A stretch of 64,000 nucleotides of DNA from Minisyncoccia bacterium. Its GTDB lineage: Bacteria; Patescibacteriota; Minisyncoccia; Phycocordibacterales; UBA918. Numbering within the stretch: position 1 is the stretch's first letter; the number at the start of each line of letters is the position of its first letter. Both the position numbers and the translations under genes were made by a program. Location: positions 2,897 to 66,896 of the forward strand of contig JBGSSW010000008.1 of assembly GCA_041736805.1 (NCBI GenBank), in the 5' to 3' direction. Below the pieces are notes generated by a model that saw only the letters and a program-made list of their open reading frames with translations, searched no databases and was not told where the DNA came from. Positions 8,154 through 16,953 of this stretch are shown here, piece by piece.

Positions 8154-8738
8154 ATGCCGAGTCCCAAAAAGACAATCGATGCAGCGGAAAGCCAAGAGGA
8201 ACGTTTTTTGAAAGCTTTCGAGGAATATAGCGATGCTCTTTTTCGCCATGCGGCGATCAGGATTAGCAACCGTGAGCGGTCAATTGATGTGGTACATGAT
8301 ACTTTTACTAAAGTATGGTCATACATCAGGTCCGGACACGAAATTGATTCTTATCGGTCATTTTTATACAAAGTCTTAAACAACCTCATCATTGATGAGT
8401 ACCGCAAGCAAAAAGAACAGTCGCTGGATGCCTTACTTGAAGTAGAAGGAGTAGACGAAGGATCCTTCCCAGAACTATCTGAAAATTCTGTTGAGGCTCT
8501 GGCAGCAACTCTCGATGGACGCAAAGCCTTCGAATTATTAAAGGAGCTGCCTGAAGAATATCGGGAAGTCATCATCTTTCGTTTCGTCGATGGTCTCGGT
8601 CCCAAAGAAATTGCTGACTTGATTGAAGAATCAGAAAACGTGGTCTCGGTCAGAATCCACCGAGCCCTCAAATCCCTAAGGATAAAAATTGAGGAGGGAA
8701 ATGAAAGAGCTGAAAGTAAAAGAAACACAAAAAAATAA
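8154..8738 (+). CDS. ECF-type RNA polymerase sigma factor (sigma-70 family)
   Basis: Region 2 (DVVHDTFTKVWSYI) and region 4 (EIADLIEESENVVSVRIHRALKSL). A tatataat sequence lies upstream. Confidence 0.75.
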   Translation: MPSPKKTIDAAESQEERFLKAFEEYSDALFRHAAIRISNRERSIDVVHDTFTKVWSYIRSGHEIDSYRSFLYKVLNNLIIDEYRKQKEQSLDALLEVEGVDEGSFPELSENSVEALAATLDGRKAFELLKELPEEYREVIIFRFVDGLGPKEIADLIEESENVVSVRIHRALKSLRIKIEEGNERAESKRNTKK

Positions 8739-10143
8739 CATGAAACGCTTTAGCGAACAATTTAAGAAAAAGTCAGAAACTCTTCGTTTGAGTGTGTCTG
8801 AAAAACGCGAGCTTCGTGAGCGGGTTGTTTCGTATATGGAGTATCATCCTCTTCCAGTTAAAGATACTAATTTTAATAATGAATCCGCCGGTGACGCTGT
8901 CATTGAGTTTAATTTTGCCCAGTTTAAATCTTGGCCTAGTTGGCGAATTTTGAAGACAGCCGGGGCTTTAGTCGTTGTTTTGGCGGTCGGAGTTTCTTTC
9001 TGGGCAGAAAAAGCTGTCCCGGGAGACACTCTCTATGCAGTGAAGGTTGGTTTTAATGAAGAAATGAGAAGTACTCTAGCTAGAGGCTCTTATGAAAAGG
9101 TAGTTTGGGAAACACAACGATTAAACCGAAGAATTGCCGAGGCCAGACAGCTGGCTGATGAAGGAAGACTGACTGTCGAAGTAGAGGTAGAAGTGGCTGA
9201 CGCAGTGCGTGTGCATAGTGAAAACGCCCGCAAGGAAATTGAAAATTTAAAGTTGACAGACAAAGACGAGGCGACCATGGCCTCGATAGAACTTGAAACT
9301 GCTTTAGATGTCCAAACAACCTCACTGAAAAATCGTGATGATTCTGGTTTGGTAGGGCAGTCTACGGCTTTGATTCAGACCGTCTTGGGCCAATCACAAG
9401 CCATTGGACTTTCTTCGGCTGAAGACGACACCCTTCCAGCTTTAGATAAGCTGGTAGCAAAGGTAGAAAGTGAAACTACTAGAGCATATGAATTACTTGA
9501 GGGAGTTAAAAAGACAGCTACCGCTGAAGAGAGAAGAGACATAAAGCGCCGTCTGGACGATATTGAAAGAAAAATAACAAAGTCTAAAGCTTATTCAGAA
9601 GAAGATAACAGTTTATCTTCTAGACAAAGTTTGGTGGAAGTTCTACAACAGACTCATCGCTTGATTGTCTTCATGACTAATATTGATGTGCGGGAAAGTG
9701 TGACGGTAGAAGAAATTGTCCCGGTCACTTTGACGCTTGAAGAAAGAATTGACATAGTAAAAAAGCAAACAAGTGAGACTACTACTTTAATAGAAATGGT
9801 TGATGAGAAGTTGAATGCCACTAGTTCAGATTTAATTGATAAAGATGTATTAGCTAAAGTTGAGGTTGGTTTTGAACAAAGTAGCAGTTCTCTAGCCAAG
9901 ACACTAGACTTGATAGTTGTTGAACCTTTAGATATAGAGACGGTCGAAGGTTATAGTCTTGATGCTTATAACTTAATTTTTGATACGGCTGCTTTATTAA
10001 ACATACGCAACTCTATTCCTGAAACAGAGCTTGATGATATAGAGGAAGAGTCAGGAACCAGTACTGAAGAAGTTCTTCCAAAAGATGGAGAGGTTAGTAC
10101 TAGCACAAAAGCCACCACTACAGCAGTTGAACTAGATGTTTGA
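8701..10143 (+). CDS. putative anti-sigma factor / membrane protein with a long extracytoplasmic coiled-coil-rich domain
   Basis: Single TM (ALVVVLAVGVSFW) downstream of the ECF sigma. The ATG at 8701 has a GGAGG RBS but overlaps the sigma gene; the alternative ATG at 8740 abuts the sigma stop. Confidence 0.5.
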   Translation: MKELKVKETQKNNMKRFSEQFKKKSETLRLSVSEKRELRERVVSYMEYHPLPVKDTNFNNESAGDAVIEFNFAQFKSWPSWRILKTAGALVVVLAVGVSFWAEKAVPGDTLYAVKVGFNEEMRSTLARGSYEKVVWETQRLNRRIAEARQLADEGRLTVEVEVEVADAVRVHSENARKEIENLKLTDKDEATMASIELETALDVQTTSLKNRDDSGLVGQSTALIQTVLGQSQAIGLSSAEDDTLPALDKLVAKVESETTRAYELLEGVKKTATAEERRDIKRRLDDIERKITKSKAYSEEDNSLSSRQSLVEVLQQTHRLIVFMTNIDVRESVTVEEIVPVTLTLEERIDIVKKQTSETTTLIEMVDEKLNATSSDLIDKDVLAKVEVGFEQSSSSLAKTLDLIVVEPLDIETVEGYSLDAYNLIFDTAALLNIRNSIPETELDDIEEESGTSTEEVLPKDGEVSTSTKATTTAVELDV

Positions 10144-10297
10144 CAGTAAACTAAAATCAGTTATATTTACTAGTATGAAGGAAACAAATATCACCAAAGT
10201 AGCGATAGTAAATAATGATGAAAGGAGAAATTCTTTCTTTATGTTTATTACTTTTAGCTTCCTAGCGTGGTCGGTTTGTTTCTAATTTAGTACTCAC

Positions 10298-10338
10298 AAA
10301 AACAAAACCGGCCTCTCCTAGGGGTCGGTTTTGTTTTT
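10298..10338. terminator. rho-independent terminator
   Basis: aaaacaaaaccggcc-tctccta-ggggtcggttttgttttt. Confidence 0.55.
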
Positions 10339-10352
10339 GTGGGGTCTGTTGT

Positions 10353-10390
10353 TCGCGGGAGAATTTTAAAGCTTTAAAATTCTCCCGCGA
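10353..10390 (+). promoter_or_regulatory. perfect 15-bp hairpin (tcgcgggagaatttt-aaagcttt-aaaattctcccgcga) in the leader of the ATP-grasp gene
   Basis: The inverted repeat is read directly from the sequence. There is no U tail. Confidence 0.5.
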
Positions 10391-10393
10391 ATC

Positions 10394-10468
10394 GCAGGCT
10401 TTCCTTCACGGAGGAAATACTTATTCGCACAAGAGGTGCGGGACCCAGACTAGTCTGGGAAAGCCTGC
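10394..10468 (+). promoter_or_regulatory. candidate structured 5' leader / riboswitch-like element upstream of the ATP-grasp gene
   Basis: A closing helix gcaggcttt(cc)/(gg)aaagcctgc encloses hairpins cgcac-aagag-gtgcg and cccagact-agtctggg. A local alternative pairing tttcc/ggaaa is possible. Confidence 0.35.
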
Positions 10469-10513
10469 GACAGGTTCTTTAACAACGGTCAGACGACCAA
10501 AGAGGTGAAGTAA

Positions 10514-11629
10514 ATGCAAAACCAAGACAATGGCCAAGATTCAAATGTGGTGTTCCACAACGTCATCACTTCGTATCCGCCAAGTGAGTTGAAGGGTCTC
10601 AGGGGAGTGCCTAACTACGCCGCACGGGTGGTGGCGGCTTCGAAACCCGGGGACGTCGTCATTTTGCCTCCAAGCACGATGCCTTACTTGGGTTGGGCAA
10701 GGGGACACTTCGAAGAAGTGGGACTTAGGACAGCCACGGAGTTCCATCCAGGGGACAGCCATACAATGGCGTTTCTGTTGGGGAAACTACCCAACCATGG
10801 ACTCGACGTTTTTTTCTTCGACGAAGCGTGCCACAAGGCTCGTCCGCACCAGAAGTGGCTTCAACAAGCAGAGTATCTCAACTCGAAAAACAACTTCATT
10901 CAGCTCTGCGAAGTCCTTGGGGTGGAAACCCCCGAAACAACTATCTACAACAAGGTGGAGGAGGTGAAGGGTTTTCCGGAGATGCCTGTCTACGTCAAGA
11001 AGGCAGTATCGGCTTCTGGTTTTGGCGTTTGGCGTTGCGAGACTGATGAGCAGTTCCAAAATATCGTCATGCTGCAAGAAGCTCCCTTCCAGGTACAAGA
11101 GGCTTTGCCAATTGGGACACAGTTTCTCAATGTTCAATATCGAGTTGCCTCTTCAGGACAACTTGAGCACGGTCCGGTTACTCTCCAGATTCTGAAGGGT
11201 AACAGTCACGATGGCAATAGCTTCCCGGTATTGTGCGACAAACATGATATCTGGAGAAGCACGGATATCTTGGCACGGCATGCATTCGAGTCTGGAATGA
11301 GTGGTGTCTGGGCCTACGATGTGGCAGTGACAACGACCGGGCAAGTTTTGCCGATTGAGTGCAATCCTCGCTACAACGGTGCCAGCTACTACTCTATCGT
11401 CGCCGAAAAGCTCGGTGTCCAGGAGTGGGAGTCTCGTAACCTTGATTTCCGGGCTCGCACTTATGAAGGCTTCAAGCTGGGAGAGCTCTCCTATAACTCA
11501 AACAACGGCTTGGGGGTCGTTTTTGTCAACTGGGCTTGTGCCGGAGAAGGCATGATCGGCGTTTTCTTGGCTGGGCCACCGGCCACACGAGCAGAGTATT
11601 TGGAAGAGTTGAAAGCGCGGGTCAGCTAG
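10514..11629 (+). CDS. ATP-grasp domain protein (GC-rich)
   Basis: PVYVKKAVSASGFGVW resembles the P-loop/central ATP-grasp domain, and the C-terminal YDVAVTTTGQVLPIECNPRYNGAS resembles EVNxRxxG. GC is about 52-55%. Confidence 0.6.
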   Translation: MQNQDNGQDSNVVFHNVITSYPPSELKGLRGVPNYAARVVAASKPGDVVILPPSTMPYLGWARGHFEEVGLRTATEFHPGDSHTMAFLLGKLPNHGLDVFFFDEACHKARPHQKWLQQAEYLNSKNNFIQLCEVLGVETPETTIYNKVEEVKGFPEMPVYVKKAVSASGFGVWRCETDEQFQNIVMLQEAPFQVQEALPIGTQFLNVQYRVASSGQLEHGPVTLQILKGNSHDGNSFPVLCDKHDIWRSTDILARHAFESGMSGVWAYDVAVTTTGQVLPIECNPRYNGASYYSIVAEKLGVQEWESRNLDFRARTYEGFKLGELSYNSNNGLGVVFVNWACAGEGMIGVFLAGPPATRAEYLEELKARVS

Positions 11630-11659
11630 TTTCCGCATTTGTTCTGAAGGTGTTCTTTG

Positions 11660-11695
11660 GAGGCGGTGAGTGCTTGCACTCACCGCCTCTTTTTA
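11660..11695. terminator. rho-independent terminator
   Basis: gaggcggtgagtg-cttg-cactcaccgcctc followed by ttttt. Confidence 0.65.
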
Positions 11696-11726
11696 TTTAT
11701 GGTAAGTTAGGTAGAATTCAATAATT

Positions 11727-12629
11727 ATGAAAAAATTTGCAATTGTTATCCACGGCGGTTCAGGAGCAATAAGTGATGTTGCTTTATATCAAGAAAGCTT
11801 GGGCCGTGTTATTGAAGAAGTTTCTAAATTAGCTAAAGAAGGCGAAAGTGCTTTGAATTTAGTAACAAAAGCCGTGGTCTTATTAGAGAATGATCCTCTC
11901 TATAACGCTGGTCGTGGTTCTGTATTAAATACAGAAGGATTTGTGGAATGTGACGCTTCTATTATGAACGGTATTAATATTGAAGCTGGTGCAGTCGCTG
12001 GAGTTTCAGGAATTAAGAATCCAGTGCTCTTAGCAAGAAAGGTGATGGAAAAAAGTTCTCATGTCATGTTGATAGGAAAGGGAGCAGAAGGTTTTGCTCT
12101 GGATAATGGAATTGAAACTGAGTCGTTGGAATACTTTGTTACTGAAGCTAGAAAAAAACAATTGGAGCAAGCCAAGGAAAGCGATAACATAACTTTAGAT
12201 CACAATGAAGTAACTGAAAAGAAACTGGGTACCGTAGGAGCGGTCGCTATTGATTCGGATGGTAATATTGCAGCCGCGACATCAACTGGAGGATTAGTTA
12301 ATAAAAAATTTGGTCGAGTGGGAGATTCTCCAATCATTGGGGCGGGTGTCTATGCTGAAAATGAACTTTGTGGTGTTTCAGCAACCGGTTATGGCGAACA
12401 ATTTATTCGTACCACTTTAGCCAAACATATGGCTGAATGGATGCGGTATCATGAAGGTAGTGCTCAAGCCGGAGCAGAAGAGGGAATAAACTTCTTAGTT
12501 AAAAAGGTAAATGGTCTTGGTGGAGTTATATTAGTCGATTCTGATTATAAAATTGGAGTTGCCCACAGCACACCTATGATACTGGCTGCTTCTAAAACGT
12601 GGGATACCGAGATGAAATTGTATTGTTAA
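11727..12629 (+). CDS. iaaA: isoaspartyl peptidase / L-asparaginase (Ntn hydrolase, Asparaginase_2 family)
   Basis: GTVGAVAIDSDGNIAAATSTGG...GRVGDSPIIGAG closely matches the IaaA/plant-type asparaginase autoprocessing region. Confidence 0.85.
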   Translation: MKKFAIVIHGGSGAISDVALYQESLGRVIEEVSKLAKEGESALNLVTKAVVLLENDPLYNAGRGSVLNTEGFVECDASIMNGINIEAGAVAGVSGIKNPVLLARKVMEKSSHVMLIGKGAEGFALDNGIETESLEYFVTEARKKQLEQAKESDNITLDHNEVTEKKLGTVGAVAIDSDGNIAAATSTGGLVNKKFGRVGDSPIIGAGVYAENELCGVSATGYGEQFIRTTLAKHMAEWMRYHEGSAQAGAEEGINFLVKKVNGLGGVILVDSDYKIGVAHSTPMILAASKTWDTEMKLYC

Positions 12630-12670
12630 AAATTAAGAGTCCGTTATATCAATTTAATTGATAGCTAGTT

Positions 12671-13426
12671 ATGACCAAGATTCTTGCTGTCCAATTCCGC
12701 ATCAATCAGTTTGCTTTAGAACAAGAACAGAAATGTTTTAAGCGTGAACTTACCAAAGACTCAATTGTCGAGGTGGATTTTGTTAGCGCCCTAGATAAAT
12801 CAATTGATTGGAATTTCCCAGAAATAATCTTGGAGGGATATAGTGCTGTGGTACTTGGTGGTTCGGGAGATTTAGATTTTGATGGCCAACGAGCGGTTGA
12901 TGATGAGGTAAGAAAAATATCTCTAGAATTAGTAGGGCAACTTAGAGCGTTTTTTCAGTACCTGTTTGATAACGACATTCCTACTTTAGGTATTTGTTAT
13001 GGACACCAAATACTAGGAGCTTTTGCCGGAGCTCAGGTCCACTGCGATGAGGGACAAAAGAAAACTAGGTCACATGAAGTAAAGTTATTGGTTGACAGGA
13101 AGGATTATTTTCTGTTTACTGATCTGCCTGATTCATTTCAAGCCCATTATGGACATAAAGATGTTTTGGATAGAGTGCCAGAAGGAGCGATCTTGCTAAT
13201 GAGTGGGGGTGAGGAGTGTCAGGTTTCGGCTTTGCAGTATAAAAATAATATCTATACAGTCCAGTTTCATCCAGAACTCACTCTGGAGGACATGGTTTTT
13301 AGAATGAAGCATAGTCCAGGATATTTACCAGAAGGCATTATAGCTGAAGAAATCTTTAAAGCTGAATCACATTCAAATATAATTTTGCGAAACTTTGGCA
13401 AGCTGGTGGTGAGTATAAAACCCTAA
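12671..13426 (+). CDS. class I glutamine amidotransferase-like protein (GATase1 / peptidase C26 fold)
   Basis: Cys nucleophile in the GICYGHQ motif and VQFHPE His-Glu. Confidence 0.65.
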   Translation: MTKILAVQFRINQFALEQEQKCFKRELTKDSIVEVDFVSALDKSIDWNFPEIILEGYSAVVLGGSGDLDFDGQRAVDDEVRKISLELVGQLRAFFQYLFDNDIPTLGICYGHQILGAFAGAQVHCDEGQKKTRSHEVKLLVDRKDYFLFTDLPDSFQAHYGHKDVLDRVPEGAILLMSGGEECQVSALQYKNNIYTVQFHPELTLEDMVFRMKHSPGYLPEGIIAEEIFKAESHSNIILRNFGKLVVSIKP

Positions 13427-13440
13427 TTTGAGTTTGTTGG

Positions 13441-13478
13441 CCGAGGAAAAGTCTCGTTAGAGACTTTTCCTCGGTTTG
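13441..13478. terminator. rho-independent terminator
   Basis: ccgaggaaaagtctc-gttag-agacttttcctcgg followed by tttg. Confidence 0.6.
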
Positions 13479-13526
13479 CAAAGACCGAAAGGGGCCGCAG
13501 GTGCGGTATCAGTTCAATTGAAGTAA

Positions 13527-14117
13527 ATGGAGTTGAAAAACATGGCAATGGCCACACAAGCAGTGCAACGGAGACAGGTTTATCCGGCAGAAAAAACAAG
13601 CTTCAAAACGAAAGGAGATACCAAGAAGATCTTGAACGACAAGAACAGCTTCATCAATTGCTGGCTCAACAAGGGTTTGGGAACCACACCCGCCACGGTT
13701 ACGGTTATGCGCGGCGGAAAGCTGCCTGGACTACACATCACTTATCCCGTGGTAGTGAAATCCGCCAAAGGTTCGCTGTTTGTGGTTTGCGAAAAAGAAA
13801 AGCAAATTGCGTCGGCAATCAAGAAGTTGCGAGGGGCTCCTTTCCAGGTCCAACAGTACTTGACGGGATTTACCTTTCTTCGACTTAATCTCGATTTCAA
13901 CCCGGGTAGGAAAATGGTCGAGGTCTTTGAAGAGAGGTCTGTCGGTGGGAAAGTTTGCTACGTCCCGCTGGAGAGTGTCAATCAACAGTACTTGATTGCA
14001 AGAGGTGCCATCAGGAGACTTGTCGAGACCATTCATCGTTTCGGAGTCAATCAGTTTTCTCTGACAGTGGCCGTTCGCCAACAAACCGGGTACATCATCA
14101 GCTGTCGTACCAACTGA
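13527..14117 (+). CDS. RimK-like ATP-grasp fragment/short protein (GC-rich)
   Basis: YPVVVKSAKGSLFVV...QQYL resembles the RimK central domain (YPVVVKP..GS.G.GV, QEYI). The N-terminal domain appears missing. Confidence 0.4.
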   Translation: MELKNMAMATQAVQRRQVYPAEKTSFKTKGDTKKILNDKNSFINCWLNKGLGTTPATVTVMRGGKLPGLHITYPVVVKSAKGSLFVVCEKEKQIASAIKKLRGAPFQVQQYLTGFTFLRLNLDFNPGRKMVEVFEERSVGGKVCYVPLESVNQQYLIARGAIRRLVETIHRFGVNQFSLTVAVRQQTGYIISCRTN

Positions 14118-14180
14118 CCGACATTACGACCTTGGTCAATTAGATCATGCAAAGCCTTCCGGTAACGGGAGGCTTTATCT

Positions 14181-15275
14181 TTAGTTACTTAGTTCTTGTG
14201 AAAGAAGACTGATTAAAAAAGGGGCTAGGGTTTTGGTAAAGACACTTGAACGGAAAGCTAGGTTACCAGTGATGTTTTTATCTAATGAGAAACCGGTTTC
14301 TTCAAGAATAGTTCTATGGATATGAGACATGGTGATGGCCCGTAAACTTCCCTGCCCGTCGACACTATCATCACCTCTAGTTACAATCATACCAATCACT
14401 TTTCCTTCTTTATTTACAATTGGACCACCAGACGAGCCCTCAGCTCCTACTTTGCTGCCATGAATTGAAAAGACATCAGCGTAATTTGAATTAAAAGTGT
14501 AAAGTTCAGAAATTGTTGTGGTAGCAGATACAGATAGCAGGGGGGTGTTGGGGCCGTTCCTTATTAAGTCTGAAGCGGGGTATCCGGTAGCACTGACCTC
14601 TTTTCCTTTGATAGTGCGGGGCAATAATTCAGAATCAATTGCCAAGGCCGGAAGTACTGCTGGCAGGGGGCTACCATCTAGGGTTTCGCTGACATAAAGA
14701 AGAGCGTAATCTCGCTCCCCAGTACCAGTTGGGGCAACATCATCAATCATGGCAGCATTTTGTTGCACCCAAGTAGGTGGAATGTAGAGTAATTCAGCCC
14801 TGAACTTCGCTGTGGCTGGGGTGCCTTGTCTAATAATACATTCCGATTTACCTAAGGCTTCAGTAGCTCCAATAAGTAGAAATTGAGCTACATGGGCATT
14901 AGTAATAATGACACCGTCACTATGAACAAAAAATCCGGTGCCGGTGGTAGTTCTAATTGTGGTCGGAGTAGTAAAAGTACAAAATAAATTAACTAAAGCT
15001 TCGGTGGGGTTGGTTGTTACATAGTTGTTAGACGTAGCTTCAATAGCCGCTGCCTTTTGGTATTCAGCACTACGCAACAAAATATCAGGAAAGGCATTTG
15101 AATTAAAGATGGAAGGAAGATAAGACAGTGAATTATCATCTTTTTTTTCATCGGCCACCTGAATAATTTCCGCTTCAGACCCAGGAATTAGACTAAGGAT
15201 TTTGTCAGCTATTTGGTTGGTAAAAGCCAAGTAAACTGTAAATAGAGAGATGGTGACATCAATAAAGAATTGCAT
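14181..15275 (-). CDS. trypsin-like serine protease (S1 family, DegP/HtrA-like catalytic domain, no obvious PDZ)
   Basis: GTGFFVHSDGVIITNAHV (His), GSSGGPIVNKEGKVIGM (Ser), and an N-terminal TM. Confidence 0.7.
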   Translation of the reverse strand: MQFFIDVTISLFTVYLAFTNQIADKILSLIPGSEAEIIQVADEKKDDNSLSYLPSIFNSNAFPDILLRSAEYQKAAAIEATSNNYVTTNPTEALVNLFCTFTTPTTIRTTTGTGFFVHSDGVIITNAHVAQFLLIGATEALGKSECIIRQGTPATAKFRAELLYIPPTWVQQNAAMIDDVAPTGTGERDYALLYVSETLDGSPLPAVLPALAIDSELLPRTIKGKEVSATGYPASDLIRNGPNTPLLSVSATTTISELYTFNSNYADVFSIHGSKVGAEGSSGGPIVNKEGKVIGMIVTRGDDSVDGQGSLRAITMSHIHRTILEETGFSLDKNITGNLAFRSSVFTKTLAPFLISLLSQELSN

Positions 15276-15457
15276 ACTCTAGCAGTATAGCAAGAGTTGG
15301 TGGAATTTTTACCCCAATGGTGGTAGAATCTTGCGTACTAGATTTGGAGGTTAGATGTCTAGTAAACAGTTAATTCAGCAATGCGGTTGTAAGCAAAGCT
15401 TGCACCCGCTGCGTTCGGAGCTAATATGAAAGCGAGCTTTCATATTATTCCTCACTT

Positions 15458-15520
15458 GCGGGTGTGGTTTAGTGGTATTGAGAAAGTGTGGGACACTTTC
15501 GAAAAACTGCCTTCCAAGCA
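15458..15520 (+). pseudogene. partial tRNA-Gly-like duplicate (5' acceptor/D-arm 20-mer and anticodon arm only)
   Basis: gcgggtgtggtttagtggta at 15458-15477 is identical to the tRNA-Gly 5' end. actgccttccaagca at 15506-15520 is identical to its anticodon arm. There is no T-arm or 3' acceptor. Confidence 0.5.
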
Positions 15521-15586
15521 ATAATTAGATGAGGCAGTCCTTGGAACCTCTCATTTAATTATAAAAAGTTCAATCAAATACAAAAT

Positions 15587-15657
15587 GCGGGTGTGGTTTA
15601 GTGGTAAAACGACTGCCTTCCAAGCAGTAGTCGGGAGTTCGATTCTTCTCACCCGCA
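15587..15657 (+). tRNA. tRNA-Gly (anticodon UCC)
   Basis: GCGGGTG-TG-GTTT-AGTGGTA-AAAC-G-ACTGC-CTTCCAA-GCAGT-AGTC-GGGAG-TTCGATT-CTTCT-CACCCGC-A folds as a cloverleaf. Confidence 0.85.
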
Positions 15658-15695
15658 CAGCCAACATGAAAATCATTCCTGGGAATGTTTTTATA

Positions 15696-16310
15696 TTACT
15701 CAAGTAGTCGCACAAATTCTGCTGTATCTGTTGTTTCCGTTGCTCGAGAATCAACTTCGTAATTTGCGATCTCTATAGTTACTATACCTTCTTTTAGAAT
15801 TGCAGATTTTGGAACGTCGTTTCTAAAACAAAACCATGGACTTCTCATATCTTCACCAACTCTAGGTATTTTCCAAGCATCCGTCGGTGTTACATGAAAA
15901 CATGTTAGACCTGCCAAGACACCGTCCATTATATTTAAGTTTCCACTAACGGTTGTAGTACCCTTAGTAATTATTGAATCTAAGGAACTCGATTCTACTG
16001 TAAAAGCACCGACAGTTTCACCAGGAGGTATAGGGATAATTATATTTTCGGAATCTGTCTCAGAAATGTAATCAACAATACTTTTGTCTAGTGTGTTTTG
16101 CTGTTCATTTTTTATATTCTGTGCACTTTTAGACACCAAGGTGTGAACCTCGACAATCTTCACTGGAGCATACACATAACCAATATATCCTCCTAAGAAG
16201 GGAAGAATTATAAATAATAGTAGAGCAAGGTATTTTGATAAAGGAGTAACCTTATGCAAAGAAGAGAAGGTAGACTCCACTTTAGAAGACTCTAATGTGT
16301 TATTTTCCAT
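15696..16310 (-). CDS. hypothetical membrane-anchored protein
   Basis: N-terminal TM (LALLLFIILPFLGGYIGYVYA), 204 aa. Confidence 0.4.
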   Translation of the reverse strand: MENNTLESSKVESTFSSLHKVTPLSKYLALLLFIILPFLGGYIGYVYAPVKIVEVHTLVSKSAQNIKNEQQNTLDKSIVDYISETDSENIIIPIPPGETVGAFTVESSSLDSIITKGTTTVSGNLNIMDGVLAGLTCFHVTPTDAWKIPRVGEDMRSPWFCFRNDVPKSAILKEGIVTIEIANYEVDSRATETTDTAEFVRLLE

Positions 16311-16452
16311 ATAAATTAATCATAACATGTAGGGCCCAAAACCGTTCTAACATCGTCCCACAAGGTGCACAGCCAACATGATTAAAGTAAAACTTGCGAT
16401 TTTTTTCTTTTCTAGTAGTTTATTATCGTAACGTTCACTTTTGGAGTTAACG

Positions 16453-16815
16453 ATGTATAAGGTTCTTTATCAGCCGGAATTAAGGGAGAGATTACCAAAA
16501 TCTCCACCAAAGGCATACATTTGTCTTGTCTTCGAGGGTTCAAACGATCGTTTGCGAGACTTACTTTACTCAGAGGCGACAGGACATGAAGCTCAACAGG
16601 AGCATGCTGAGAAGTTCAAATTGGCGGCGCTCATGCTTAATAGTCCAACGCCACTTTCTGTACAGAAGTGGCGTCTACGTTCCATTGTTGCTGTCTGGAG
16701 AAAGTCCGAGGCAGCGAGGCAACAGCAAATGAGAACATTGAATAGACACACTAATTTTGGAGCAGACTTCGGCCGAATGGACATCGGTGGAAATCCAGGT
16801 TGGGGAAGAGATTGA
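16453..16815 (+). CDS. hypothetical protein (GC-rich ORF)
   Basis: ATG at 16453 with a ggag RBS 7 nt upstream. GC about 52%. Confidence 0.35.
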   Translation: MYKVLYQPELRERLPKSPPKAYICLVFEGSNDRLRDLLYSEATGHEAQQEHAEKFKLAALMLNSPTPLSVQKWRLRSIVAVWRKSEAARQQQMRTLNRHTNFGADFGRMDIGGNPGWGRD

Positions 16816-16953
16816 AAACTACACAAACGCCGTCAACCAGGGAAAAGCCACCTGTGAGGCGGCTTTTTCTATTTTTGAATTATCTAACAAAACCACGTAA
16901 CTAATAATTGAAGGTTTTACAGCTCGAATAAATACATGCTATATTTTTAAGGT

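Noticed and set aside
10514-11629. Possibility that the ATP-grasp gene is cyanophycin synthetase
   Set aside because: No C-terminal Mur-ligase-like domain, and the protein is only 371 aa. No S51 cyanophycinase is nearby. I kept it as a generic ATP-grasp ligase hypothesis.
15458-15560. Upstream tRNA-like segment as a second functional tRNA (for example with an intron or long variable arm)
   Set aside because: It lacks a T-arm/TψC motif and a 3' acceptor strand complementary to gcgggtg, so no cloverleaf could be drawn. I treated it as a partial duplicate.
15551-15754. 67-aa minus-strand ORF
   Set aside because: It is antisense to tRNA-Gly and overlaps it. Low-complexity, no RBS.
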